A stretch of DNA of 64,000 bases from Candidatus Poseidoniaceae archaeon (lineage in GTDB: Archaea; Thermoplasmatota; Poseidoniia; Poseidoniales; Poseidoniaceae). The position numbers were made by a program, and so were the translations under genes. Each line of letters opens with the position of its first letter. The first letter of the stretch is position 1. The notes under the pieces were generated by a model. The model was not told where the DNA came from and searched no databases. It saw only the letters and a list, made by a program, of their open reading frames with translations. The DNA is taken from positions 32,001 through 96,000 of the forward strand of contig CBFIJH010000002.1 in the NCBI GenBank assembly GCA_965662895.1. Direction: 5' to 3'. Of the stretch, positions 20,862 to 30,909 are shown piece by piece.

Positions 20862-22844
20862 ATGCAAAACGGAGTTAGCGGCTGGTATGCAAGATTAGAT
20901 CGATGCTTGAACAACAGACAAACACAAATCGAAATGTGGCTTGATGCATGGGAACAGTCGCTTCGAAATCACCAGCCTATTGCAGCCCTTTTGCCAGAAG
21001 ACTGGCCAACACTCCCAGCAAATCTCTTGACCGATCCTGGTCATGTCCTTGACCATCTGCTTGCTCGCCATGATGCAGAGTCGGATGGTCGCTCTCCACG
21101 TGGAGCGCATCCTACTCCTCCTCGCCTTGCAGATTCAATCATCTCTTCTGAAATGCTTGAGGCGACCATTCAGCCAAAAGTCAAGAAGCAAACAACAAAC
21201 ATGCATCTTGCCGATCTCCCCCCAGGCTTTCAAAAACACATCAAGAAACTCAATTTCCCCCCAAGTGAAGAAGAGGTGACACTTGATGAAGACGCAATCG
21301 AAGCAGTCCGTCGTAACGAGCGGACAAGTAGTGGAATCCCTCTCCCATTTTCTGACATGTCTTGTGGCGGTGGAATCTTCCATGCCCGCATGCTCCGTAA
21401 GCACAGTGAGATGTTTGAGGAACAGGACCCCGAACTTCGCAAAGAGGATACAGAACGGCTCTTCCGTGGTTTTCAACTCGTTGATGTTGATGATTTGGTT
21501 GTTCGATCAACCCGAAGGCGATTGCTTTTGGAAGCCATTAAACTCGACCTCGTTGCACTAAGCGGAGAGCAAGAAGGAAAACTCACACGGGGAGTTGTTG
21601 AAGACATTTTGGAACAAAACATCGTTTGTTCTGATACACTGCAAGAACTGTGGCCATGGACTGAAGCGCCCCGTCTAATCATCTCAAACCCTCCGTGGCT
21701 TCGAATAAAAGACCGCTTCCGAGGCATGGAAGATGGCTCCCAGCGACGTAAGGAGTTGAGTGAAAAACTTCGAAACCTCTCGAACGAGGATGGTCCTCGT
21801 TTCTCAACCATGCGTGGCAATGTGAACCTCTACCGTCTCTTTATTGAGCGCGGGATGCAAGTCTTATCCGTTGATGGAAATATGCGGATTGTCGCTCCTG
21901 ACAGCCTCCTGAGAGAACAATCCTCGCATCCGCTCCGCAAACTCCTCGTGGAAAAGCACTCTTGGAACGAAGTTTGGGCAATTGAAGAGGCCAACCTTTT
22001 GTTCCCTGGCATGACGCAGGGAGTTGCAATTCTTGGTATTTCATCAACGCCAAATGGGACGGAAGCTCTCAAGATCATCGGGCCTGTGACTCGGTCTGAT
22101 CTTCGTCGTGTAGGCTCAGGCCTTTCCTCTCGTGTTCCATCGTTCATGCTCAACCAAGAGCAATGGGTTCAGTGGGCAAGAAACACGTGGGCAATTCCAC
22201 GATTGCCGCGCGACCAAATCGAACGAAAGAACATTCTCAAGATCCTTGATAGTATGTCTCAACTACCGCGACTTGGAGACCATGACCATTGGCTTGCAAC
22301 CCATGAGCAAACGGTCAAGGTACGAGTCGGTGAAATCGACCAAACTGCTCATTCAACAAACATCTCAAGTTGGGATAAGACAAAGTCGTCTCGGCCGTTC
22401 ATCCGTGGAGTACACTTCACAGAAGATGAAACTGGGAATGTTTACATCCGCCATCCAGCGTTTCGCAAAGATATCCCGTCCCGAGCCAATGAACGACAGC
22501 TTGCAATGTGGTCTGGAAAAACCGAAGTGCAAACCTATGGTCCGCGACTTGCATGTCAAGCAATTGTCAACGCTCATCAGGAACGACGTCTTCGTTGGGC
22601 CGTCATTCCAGAAGGATGCATATTAGGAAACAGTGTAAACCACATCGAGATGAACCAATCCATCTTAAACAGACTCACTGCTACAAAAGGCAATCTACAG
22701 AAGTCGTTGGAATGGATGTGCGAACAACTTAATCAGCGAGATCTTGACGATTGGGCCAAAGCATGGTCAGCGAACAACAACGTCAACAACTACGAACTGG
22801 AGATGCTCCCCCTCCAACTTAATGTTGAAGAAGTCGTTAATTGA
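20862..22844 (+). CDS. orphan N6-adenine-type DNA methyltransferase (Eco57I/TaqI-like)
   Basis: HPTP (motif X-like), DMSCGGGIF (motif I), ISNPPW (motif IV), NLYRLFIER. Confidence 0.8.
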   Translation: MQNGVSGWYARLDRCLNNRQTQIEMWLDAWEQSLRNHQPIAALLPEDWPTLPANLLTDPGHVLDHLLARHDAESDGRSPRGAHPTPPRLADSIISSEMLEATIQPKVKKQTTNMHLADLPPGFQKHIKKLNFPPSEEEVTLDEDAIEAVRRNERTSSGIPLPFSDMSCGGGIFHARMLRKHSEMFEEQDPELRKEDTERLFRGFQLVDVDDLVVRSTRRRLLLEAIKLDLVALSGEQEGKLTRGVVEDILEQNIVCSDTLQELWPWTEAPRLIISNPPWLRIKDRFRGMEDGSQRRKELSEKLRNLSNEDGPRFSTMRGNVNLYRLFIERGMQVLSVDGNMRIVAPDSLLREQSSHPLRKLLVEKHSWNEVWAIEEANLLFPGMTQGVAILGISSTPNGTEALKIIGPVTRSDLRRVGSGLSSRVPSFMLNQEQWVQWARNTWAIPRLPRDQIERKNILKILDSMSQLPRLGDHDHWLATHEQTVKVRVGEIDQTAHSTNISSWDKTKSSRPFIRGVHFTEDETGNVYIRHPAFRKDIPSRANERQLAMWSGKTEVQTYGPRLACQAIVNAHQERRLRWAVIPEGCILGNSVNHIEMNQSILNRLTATKGNLQKSLEWMCEQLNQRDLDDWAKAWSANNNVNNYELEMLPLQLNVEEVVN

Positions 22845-22940
22845 ATCAAGAACGTCCTTACACAAGTAAATGAATACGATATTTTATATCCAAACCCTTG
22901 GTAGTACAGATTGGTATTTGTCAATTGGAGGATTTTAACA

Positions 22941-23519
22941 ATGGGTATTCATCCTAAAATTGGCATTACGGGTCTCCCCCGTAGTGGAAAATCTGCTGTC
23001 ATGGAAAAGGTCCTTTCCATGCTGAAAGAAGAACGGGAGCGAGAGCTGTCCGCAAGAAATCTCGGCGATACTGAAATTATTGGAGGTATTTGTACAGAGC
23101 CAATCCTCGAAAACGGAGAACGTCTTGGTTACAAGGTCCGAAATTTAGTGACGGGAGATGAAGGAGAAATTGCACACAAGAGCATTGACTCACGATTACG
23201 TGTTCTCGGATATGGACTCAACACAGCCGAACTCGAACGCGTTGCACTTCCTGCCATACAACATGCAATCGACAACTGTGAGGTGATAGTTATTGACGAA
23301 ATTGGTAAATTCGCTGTCGAATCGGAAGCATTCGTAAATTCTGTAAGAAGCGCACTCGAAATCGACAAACCAACGCTTCTTACACTTCACAAAAAAAGCC
23401 GTCATCCTTTGCTTCAAGACATTCGAAGACGTGATGATGGGCGTATTCTCGAAGTTACGCCTGTCAATCGAGCCCTTCTTCCGTACAAGATTCATAAATT
23501 GATGCGAGAAACGTATTGA
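22941..23519 (+). CDS. NTPase (THEP1/NTPase_1 family)
   Basis: ITGLPRSGKS, VIDEIGK; GGAGG upstream of ATG 22941. Confidence 0.88.
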   Translation: MGIHPKIGITGLPRSGKSAVMEKVLSMLKEERERELSARNLGDTEIIGGICTEPILENGERLGYKVRNLVTGDEGEIAHKSIDSRLRVLGYGLNTAELERVALPAIQHAIDNCEVIVIDEIGKFAVESEAFVNSVRSALEIDKPTLLTLHKKSRHPLLQDIRRRDDGRILEVTPVNRALLPYKIHKLMRETY

Positions 23520-23559
23520 TGACGCTGGTTTCTTACCTTGCACCACATCCGAGGTATCA

Positions 23560-23883
23560 ATGACCCCTGCGGACCGTGCCCGGAAAATCTTAACCGGAAC
23601 GGGACTTTGTCTCATGTTCGTTTTTGCTGTTGGCCTTCAATCTGACCGCTATTCGACTCGTCCGGATATCGGCTGGATTTTTCCTCTTGTTGGGATTCTC
23701 CTCATTGCCTTGGGGATGAAGGCCGGTACATTTAGCCGACAATTTCCTGACGAGTCAGATGATGCAATGGTGCAACGCGTTCAAGAAAATGTTGAACAGA
23801 CGGAACGTGACAAGAATGTTGGTCAAGCGTGGGCTTCATTGGAACAGAATGTTCTAAAATTTGCAATCTCCGAATCAGAATAA
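23560..23883 (+). CDS. hypothetical membrane protein
   Basis: 107 aa, two TM helices, GAGGT upstream. Confidence 0.6.
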   Translation: MTPADRARKILTGTGLCLMFVFAVGLQSDRYSTRPDIGWIFPLVGILLIALGMKAGTFSRQFPDESDDAMVQRVQENVEQTERDKNVGQAWASLEQNVLKFAISESE

Positions 23884-23942
23884 GAAATTTTCGAAGCGGT
23901 TGTTTCATACCCTTTGTTTGCATGCCTAGGGATAGTGAGAGC

Positions 23943-24326
23943 ATGAGTGAAATACCTACTGAGTTGTATTATACGAAAGAACACGAATGGATTCGACTGG
24001 ATGGAGATATCGCCACAATCGGCATTACGGACCATGCCCAAGATGCGCTAACGGATATTGTGTATATCGAATTACCCGAAGGTGGAGAAGTTCTCGATGA
24101 TATGGGTGAGTTTGCTGTTGTTGAATCAGTAAAATCTGCATCACCTATTTTTGCACCGCTCGCTGGAGAGATTACTGAAGTCAATATGGACCTTGAAGAC
24201 ACACCTGAACTGATGAATTCGAGCCCATACGGAGATGGTTGGATCGTCAAGATGAAACTGACCAATCCAGGGGATGTCTCAACACTCATGTCTGCTGATG
24301 CTTATCGTAGCATGTTGGGCGAGTGA
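23943..24326 (+). CDS. gcvH: glycine cleavage system H protein
   Basis: YTKEHEW, GITDHAQ, lipoyl motif VESVKSAS, SPYGDGW. Confidence 0.95.
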   Translation: MSEIPTELYYTKEHEWIRLDGDIATIGITDHAQDALTDIVYIELPEGGEVLDDMGEFAVVESVKSASPIFAPLAGEITEVNMDLEDTPELMNSSPYGDGWIVKMKLTNPGDVSTLMSADAYRSMLGE

Positions 24327-24871
24327 AGAGATTGAGTGAACCAACTCGGCTTACAATTTACGTCGATGGTTCTTGTGATGGAAATCAAAACGTGGATGCT
24401 TCAACGCCAGCAGGATGGGGTGTTGTCGTCGTCCAGGGCGACTCTGGTCTTGGACGTGGAAGTGGAGAAATCCAAACAGAATTTTCCGGACCTGTATCGA
24501 CATCGCCTGACGATGATGATTTCATAGGGGCTGAAGTTGGTTCAAACAATACAGCAGAACTTTCTGGTCTGTTTGCAGCTTTACGTTGGCTTCTCACAGA
24601 AGGACAATACGATGCAGTCCGAATTCGTCTTGACAGTCAGTATGCAGGAAATATTGCGACGGGTGCGTGGCGAGCAAAGGCAAATCGTGAGTTAGCAGCA
24701 CGGGTTCAATCGGTCTGGAATGAAGTCGCAAAACAGCGTGAATTAACATGGGACCATGTTCGAGCACATCGGGGGCATCGTTGGAATGAACGAGCAGACC
24801 ACCTTGCAAAACGAGCGATGCGTCGTGAGCGTCCTCTTCCTCTGACATTTTGGAAGCCGGGACACGATTAG
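24323..24871 (+). CDS. rnhA: ribonuclease HI
   Basis: IYVDGSC, NNTAEL, DSQY, HVRAHRG..WNERAD.LA. Confidence 0.9.
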   Translation: MKRLSEPTRLTIYVDGSCDGNQNVDASTPAGWGVVVVQGDSGLGRGSGEIQTEFSGPVSTSPDDDDFIGAEVGSNNTAELSGLFAALRWLLTEGQYDAVRIRLDSQYAGNIATGAWRAKANRELAARVQSVWNEVAKQRELTWDHVRAHRGHRWNERADHLAKRAMRRERPLPLTFWKPGHD

Positions 24872-25728
24872 TCGATTCGTTGTTTCAACCACGCATGGAG
24901 ATGTTCTGCGAATTCAGGTCGTTGCAATGCATGATCAATTTGAGATTTCAACCATTCAAGCGGAAGCCCGGAGTCGTACCATGCCACCGAACGATCGAGT
25001 ATGTCTGCTCGAAGATGGCCTTCATTCATCCAGTGTCGCAGCAGTTCAATGGATTGCAACTCTCCGAATTCTTCGACCGAATATTTGTCAAGTAATTCAA
25101 ATGTATTTTCGGAATAGATGTAACGTCCACAGAGCGCATAGGTCGAAGGTGCTTCATCCGGATTTGGTTTTTCAACAATTGATGTAATGATTGTGGCGTC
25201 GAGCGATACAATTCCATAATCGCTCACACGAGCAACGCCTACGTCGTAAATGGATGCGCATGGCTGTCCATACTCCTGAAAGAGGTTGACCAAGTTTTTG
25301 GAAACATCCGACGGTTTGAACGCATCAAGGCTTGCATGGTTGCGCGTGAGAATGTTGTCTCCTAGAAGGACAAGAAATGGCCCCACTATATCCTCCTTCG
25401 CCATCATGATCGCATGGCCGAGACCCTTTTGCTCGTGTTGGACGTGAAAAAAGAATTCCACATCTTCGAGAGGGTTCAGTAAGGATTCACCTTTCTCGAA
25501 TTTAGGGAATGTATGGTTCAAGTCACGTTGCAATGAAGTCAAATCCTTGCTGGGAGATGTAATGATGTGAATTCGAGTGCAACCGGCTTCTCTTGCTTCG
25601 AAGATGAGGTGATGCAATACTGGAACATCGACCAGCGGCAACAATTCCTTGGGAACATATGCGCTCGCAGGAAGCATTCTGGTACCCAGTCCCGCAGCAA
25701 CGATAACAGCATCACGAACCGTGCCCAT
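24868..25728 (-). CDS. galU: UTP--glucose-1-phosphate uridylyltransferase (GalU-like)
   Basis: AAGLGTRMLPA, PKELLP, GLGHAI, LLGD, VEKP; start set at MGTVRD. Confidence 0.85.
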   Translation of the reverse strand: MGTVRDAVIVAAGLGTRMLPASAYVPKELLPLVDVPVLHHLIFEAREAGCTRIHIITSPSKDLTSLQRDLNHTFPKFEKGESLLNPLEDVEFFFHVQHEQKGLGHAIMMAKEDIVGPFLVLLGDNILTRNHASLDAFKPSDVSKNLVNLFQEYGQPCASIYDVGVARVSDYGIVSLDATIITSIVEKPNPDEAPSTYALCGRYIYSENTFELLDKYSVEEFGELQSIELLRHWMNEGHLRADILDRSVAWYDSGLPLEWLKSQIDHALQRPEFAEHLHAWLKQRID

Positions 25729-25780
25729 GATGCTGCTTGCAAGCGACAGGATATCAAGCGTGCACCTTGTGGTTTGTTCA

Positions 25781-26191
25781 ATGGAGTCAATACGGAAGTT
25801 GATTCTCTTCCCCATCGGATTGGTATTTCTTGCCCTAGCATTTTTCGATTTTTTACCAGCAGGCCCATGGTTGGATGCATCATTCTCGAGAGGTATGAGT
25901 GGTTTACTCGGACTTTCTCTCATCTACCTTAGTTGGTACGAACATGTGTTCAATCAATTTGGAGTGGTTCCTTCAATCAAAATGTGGAAGCAACCTGGAT
26001 CAACCTGGAAATCGGTTGTTGGAATTGGTATTGCCGTGCTTGGCCTTGCTTGGATATCCGGAAATACCTCACTTCAAAACAACCTACCAGAGCCGACAGG
26101 AATTTTGTTGATGCTCATCGGTTTGTTGATCACATACACTGGATTGTATGCATTCCTCATCACATCAGGACCTCTACGAGAAGAAGAGTAA
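25781..26191 (+). CDS. hypothetical membrane protein (4 TM)
   Basis: Hydrophobic ORF from MESIRK, divergent from galU. Confidence 0.6.
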   Translation: MESIRKLILFPIGLVFLALAFFDFLPAGPWLDASFSRGMSGLLGLSLIYLSWYEHVFNQFGVVPSIKMWKQPGSTWKSVVGIGIAVLGLAWISGNTSLQNNLPEPTGILLMLIGLLITYTGLYAFLITSGPLREEE

Positions 26192-26203
26192 TCCAACCTG
26201 GGA

Positions 26204-27682
26204 CTAGTCAATAAATCCAAGCGTATCATCAAGCATATCCAAAGCGTCACTAAGCTCTGGTAGCTCTTCTGGGGCATTCCCCGTGCTTTCATGAACCTCT
26301 TGAATTTGAACAATCGGTTCGGGAAGAGGCGCGTCTTTTGAGAGCCAATTTTTCCATTGTTCGCTACGGCCTTCTCGTCGTGCATCCATTGTCATCCACA
26401 ATGCTTCAAGACGGTCGGGTTTGAGGAGTGGAAGATGTTTTGCAAAACGGTCTGGGTGGATTTCATCCATGCGCATCAGCAATTCGCGTAGACGAATCTG
26501 AACCACTTCATCACCATCGTTCCAAAGTGAGGCGATAATCTGCCGTTCATCGTTTGGATATGCCTCAACATAATCGCGTAGACTCAAAACAATGTTCCTT
26601 CGAACGATTGGAACGGCATGGTCGAGCAATGTCACAAGTCGGTCTGCCCAAACATTCTCATCGAGGAATTTCAAATCACCAACTGTCGCTGAAGCGGCAG
26701 CGAGGACACTCTCATCTTCATCGTTCAACATATCATCGAGAAACGGAACCGCTTCCCAGCCTGCTCTGCGGAAGATACGTGTGAGTACATCAGCCATACC
26801 GCGACGAATCAGCAACTCCTCGCGCTTATGCAATTTTTTTGCAACCTGGAGCCCCTGCTCTTGATCGTACTCCAATAAACGAGCAAGACATAGAATCACC
26901 TTGGATGCGACCTCTTCATGTTCATCGTTGGAAAGACGAATGAGGACATCAACCAACCCAAGTGGCTCGATGAGAGCGGGGCGTTCGAGGAGAAGTTTGA
27001 CCCATTCCATGAGAAGAAGGCGGCGGTCAAGTTCATCATTTTCCAAGCAATTCAACAACCAAACAGCTGCGTCAACTCCTGCCTCATGGGCAACCACAGA
27101 AGTTGTCCTTGGTACGACGGCATTTGGATTCCAGCCCAAATTTTGAGGACCATCCTCAGGTTGAGTATGCCATGTTCCTGGCCGTTCCGCCAATGCGATG
27201 GATTCAACCAGATGGTACCCTTGATGGACTGGTTGGCCGTAAGGCGTTGTTGCAAGCCCATTGATCAGTGCAACGGCAAGCCACCAGCGATCGGTATTCG
27301 GAGCGCTTGGATCAAAGGCTTGGGCGAGCCAATCGGTTGCGATACAGAACAGCATTCGTTGTGCAACATCATCCGTACGGCGTTGCAACCATTTCTGATG
27401 AACTTCAAACGGATCATCGCTCAAATTCATTCGATGCGGGACAATAAGATCAACAATTGTGGAAAGATGACGATCGAACATACCAGCATCAGCATGAAGC
27501 ATCGACAAACCTTGTGAGATCAAGTCTTGATCGCGCTCAGGACTTCGTGGAGGGAAATCAGGGTCGGTCATTGGAGGCGACGGAAGAGGCCAAATCTTTG
27601 TCCCATTCTCCAAAGCCTGCACCAATTGTGTCGCAACAACCTCGAATGTTGCTTTCGCAACCGCATCACGGCTCTTACCCAT
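26204..27682 (-). CDS. HEAT/ARM-repeat-like protein
   Basis: Repeated L..D....VR-type helical units (LSNDEHEEVA, LNDEDESVL, LLDHAVPIVR, WNDGDEVVQ). Confidence 0.65.
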   Translation of the reverse strand: MGKSRDAVAKATFEVVATQLVQALENGTKIWPLPSPPMTDPDFPPRSPERDQDLISQGLSMLHADAGMFDRHLSTIVDLIVPHRMNLSDDPFEVHQKWLQRRTDDVAQRMLFCIATDWLAQAFDPSAPNTDRWWLAVALINGLATTPYGQPVHQGYHLVESIALAERPGTWHTQPEDGPQNLGWNPNAVVPRTTSVVAHEAGVDAAVWLLNCLENDELDRRLLLMEWVKLLLERPALIEPLGLVDVLIRLSNDEHEEVASKVILCLARLLEYDQEQGLQVAKKLHKREELLIRRGMADVLTRIFRRAGWEAVPFLDDMLNDEDESVLAAASATVGDLKFLDENVWADRLVTLLDHAVPIVRRNIVLSLRDYVEAYPNDERQIIASLWNDGDEVVQIRLRELLMRMDEIHPDRFAKHLPLLKPDRLEALWMTMDARREGRSEQWKNWLSKDAPLPEPIVQIQEVHESTGNAPEELPELSDALDMLDDTLGFID

Positions 27683-27699
27683 GAAGAACCCCCTTTTCC

Positions 27700-28626
27700 T
27701 CAAATGTCCAATTCGATGTTAAGGTTCTGAATCAATTCCTTGTAGCGATTGCGAATTGTAACTTCAGTAACTCCAGCGACTTCTGCAACTTCACGTTGCG
27801 TCCGGCGTTTGCCACACAGAACAGACGCGATGTAAATAATCGAAGCAGCAATACCTGTTGGACCACGCCCGCTTGTCAATTCTTTCTCTTGAGCGGCTTT
27901 GATTAATTCGTAGGCTTTTGCTTCAACTTCTGAATCCAATCCAAGTCCTGAACAGAATCGAGAAATGTAGTCTTCGGGTCCTGTAGGCATGATTTTCATC
28001 TTCAATTCACGAACCATGAATCGGTATGTTCGTCCGATTTCTTTTCGTCCGGTTCGAGAGGCTTGACCAATTTCGTCGAGTGTTCGAGGAACACCGCATT
28101 GACGACATGCTGCATAGAGCGATGCTGCTGCTACGCCCTCGATGGAACGGCCTCGTATGAGGCGCTTATCGACAGCTTTCTTGTAATTGACCGCTGCGGC
28201 CTCGCGAACGGTCTTTGGAAGCTCAAGACGACTTGCCATTCGGTCAAGTTCCGCGAGAGCCATGGCGAGGTTTCGTTCTGTAGCGTTGCTTACACGACTT
28301 CGCTTCTGCCACTTTCGCATTCGGTAAAATTGGGAGCGGTATCGGGAATTGATGGTTTTTCCAGAGTAATCTTTGTTCTGCCAATCAATGTCCGTTGAGA
28401 GACCTTTGTCGTGAAGCATAACTGTCATTGGCGCACCAGTACGAGCCCGTTGATCTCCTTGTTCTGGGGAGAACACTCGCCATTCTGCACCCTGATCAAT
28501 AACGTTGTCTTCTAAGACAAGTCCGCAATCGTCACAAGTGACTTCTCCGCGGGTTTCGTCTCTCGTCAGGCTTCGACCGCCACATTCCTGGCACTTTACA
28601 ATATCTTCAACTTGCTGATCATCCAT
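27700..28626 (-). CDS. tfb: transcription initiation factor IIB (TFB)
   Basis: Zn ribbon CQECG...[32 protein letters not shown]. Confidence 0.97.
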   Translation of the reverse strand: MDDQQVEDIVKCQECGGRSLTRDETRGEVTCDDCGLVLEDNVIDQGAEWRVFSPEQGDQRARTGAPMTVMLHDKGLSTDIDWQNKDYSGKTINSRYRSQFYRMRKWQKRSRVSNATERNLAMALAELDRMASRLELPKTVREAAAVNYKKAVDKRLIRGRSIEGVAAASLYAACRQCGVPRTLDEIGQASRTGRKEIGRTYRFMVRELKMKIMPTGPEDYISRFCSGLGLDSEVEAKAYELIKAAQEKELTSGRGPTGIAASIIYIASVLCGKRRTQREVAEVAGVTEVTIRNRYKELIQNLNIELDI

Positions 28627-28632
28627 AACTTC

Positions 28633-28688
28633 TCACCTCAAGAATATTGAGAAATAGTTATTTGAACGATTGGTAAGGTGTTTTTAAA
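28633..28688 (-). promoter_or_regulatory. tfb promoter: TATA box and ribosome-binding site
   Basis: Minus strand TTTAAAAA at 28688-28681 and GAGGTGA at 28639-28633. Confidence 0.55.
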
Positions 28689-28776
28689 CCTTATTCCTCG
28701 TTTTATTTCATCTGAGTGAGGCTCGGCCAGCGAATCGATTAAACATCAATGGCCCCTGAGGTGAATGGGGTTGAGG

Positions 28777-30762
28777 ATGCAAGGTACGCCAGATTCAATT
28801 TCGCTCACCCCCGGGAAGCGTGTCTTGTTTCTCACAAAAGACCTCGATTTGATTCGACAGCAACTGTATGATGGCCTTGATTTACGCATGGAAGATTTGC
28901 GCGTTGAAGACCTCCTCGATGATATCAACACCGATGTGATGACACCGGCATGGGTGTGTTTTGATCACGAGCCAGCAATGATTGCAAAAAATGCCTACGC
29001 AGGTCTTATGCACAACGGCCTTCGTGTTTTCAATGAAAACGCTCTCATCAACGGTGACTTTGAGGTCATTGTTTCAGGTCAAAGAAAAGGTACTGGTTCA
29101 AGCCGAGAAACCGCTGCACAGTGTGAGCGTTGGGCGGGCATACGTATTGTCATTGCTGCATCGTTTGCTCCAATTCATGAACGAAACAACATCAATCTTG
29201 GACAATTGATGGGCGACCATGACATGTTGAAGCGGTTGCAAAATGGGGAGTCGCTCGATCTCGATGAATTCACCTCGCAATATGATGAGGTGACGGGTTT
29301 AATTCTCAAATCTGGCGGTTTGTTTGAATTCTCAAAGCGGCTAAAAAATGGTGAAATCCAGTTGCCTGAATTACCGATGGGGCAGCGCCCAATGACCATG
29401 GCTGAAAAAATCATTGCACGAAATCTCGTAGGTCAGCCTGAAGGAGTTTGTGTCAAACCGGATGACCCGGTCATCGCCCAAGTCCAAGGTGGCTACTCTC
29501 ACGAGTTTACAACAGCTCAAGTCCATACGTTCTTGCAAGAAACATATGGCGAGGATTATCAACTGATGAACCCTCAAAAATTTGGAGTCTTTGAAGACCA
29601 TCTTTTGTACGCTCACCACAATCCAAAATTTGTGCCGTTCATGCATAAAGTCGAAACCTTGCGGACGTTGCAGAAAGCATTCCAAAAGCACACGGGTGTT
29701 CGTGACTATTCTGCTGTTGATGGCGTTTCTCCAGGTATTTGTCATCAAGTCGCACGAGAGGAATTCATCGAAGTATCCGACTTTATCCAAGCAACGGATT
29801 CACACACCTGCATGGGGGGCGCATCCAACGCACTCACGTGGGGAGTAGGTGCAACAGAATATGCAAATCTCGTCTCTGCAGGTTTCACGTTTGTTAAAGT
29901 CCCGGAATCCATCCGCTTCGAGCTCACAGGGTCGCTCAATGAGGGATGCACAGCAAAAGATGTGATTTTGCATATTCTTGCTGATCATGCAAGAAAGGAA
30001 TTGACGCTCAACCGATCGATGGAATTTGGTGGTCCTGGATTGAAAGCCCTATCAGCAGATGAACGAGCAACGCTGTGCAATATGGCAACAGAATGCTCTG
30101 CGCGTACAGGAATCTGTGAAGCGGACGAGGTTCTTTTCGAATGGATGGAGCACCGAATGCCGCACCTCGACATGGATGAGCAACGTCAAAGGGCCATAGC
30201 GCCCGATGAAGGGGCAAAATACCACGGAGGCGTTCATCATATCGACCTCTCTTCAATTCGGCCGATGGTCGCTCACCCGGGGAATCCTGATGAGGGAATC
30301 CCGAGCGATCCGACGAATGGGGCTTACATCGATGACATCGGGAACGTTCCAATCGACATTGCTTATGGGGGCTCCTGTACTGCAGGAAAAATTGACGACA
30401 TTGCATACTATGCTCAAGTCTGTCAAGCGGCGAAAGAGAAGGGGCTCTCAGTCAAGGAAGGGGTTGATTTCTACATCCAATACGGCTCAGGCATCGTCAA
30501 AGACGTTGCAGTAGCGAAGGGCTGGCATCAACTGTTCCTCGATGTTGGCGTAAAACTCATCGATCCAGGTTGCGGTGCTTGCATTGGAGCAGGCCCGGGC
30601 GTTTCGATGACGCCTGAACAGGTCACTGTTTCAGCGATTAACAGGAATTTCCAAGGCCGCTCCGGCCCCGGAAAGTTGTACCTCGCTAGCCCGCTTACCG
30701 TTGCAACAAGTGCTTTTTCTGGGGCAATTCGCTCATGGAATTCTGAATCGATTGGCGATTGA
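28777..30762 (+). CDS. aconitase-family dehydratase, LeuD-like swivel domain fused N-terminal to a LeuC-like domain
   Basis: DDINTDVMTP, GTGSSRETA, then MTMAEKII, GICHQV, DSHT, GSCTAG, PGCGACIG, NRNFQGRSG, YLASP. Confidence 0.88.
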   Translation: MQGTPDSISLTPGKRVLFLTKDLDLIRQQLYDGLDLRMEDLRVEDLLDDINTDVMTPAWVCFDHEPAMIAKNAYAGLMHNGLRVFNENALINGDFEVIVSGQRKGTGSSRETAAQCERWAGIRIVIAASFAPIHERNNINLGQLMGDHDMLKRLQNGESLDLDEFTSQYDEVTGLILKSGGLFEFSKRLKNGEIQLPELPMGQRPMTMAEKIIARNLVGQPEGVCVKPDDPVIAQVQGGYSHEFTTAQVHTFLQETYGEDYQLMNPQKFGVFEDHLLYAHHNPKFVPFMHKVETLRTLQKAFQKHTGVRDYSAVDGVSPGICHQVAREEFIEVSDFIQATDSHTCMGGASNALTWGVGATEYANLVSAGFTFVKVPESIRFELTGSLNEGCTAKDVILHILADHARKELTLNRSMEFGGPGLKALSADERATLCNMATECSARTGICEADEVLFEWMEHRMPHLDMDEQRQRAIAPDEGAKYHGGVHHIDLSSIRPMVAHPGNPDEGIPSDPTNGAYIDDIGNVPIDIAYGGSCTAGKIDDIAYYAQVCQAAKEKGLSVKEGVDFYIQYGSGIVKDVAVAKGWHQLFLDVGVKLIDPGCGACIGAGPGVSMTPEQVTVSAINRNFQGRSGPGKLYLASPLTVATSAFSGAIRSWNSESIGD

Positions 30763-30909
30763 GGCAATCAACGCGGGCGGTTTCGCTACCCAAACGAGGT
30801 GAAGTCGGTCCACAAGGGGCCGAAATATCAAGTAGCCTCGCCAACCGACTGCTGTTACCTGCTGGCCCAAAGTCTTGGACGGAGGAGGACCAGAGGTGGA
30901 TGTGTCAAG

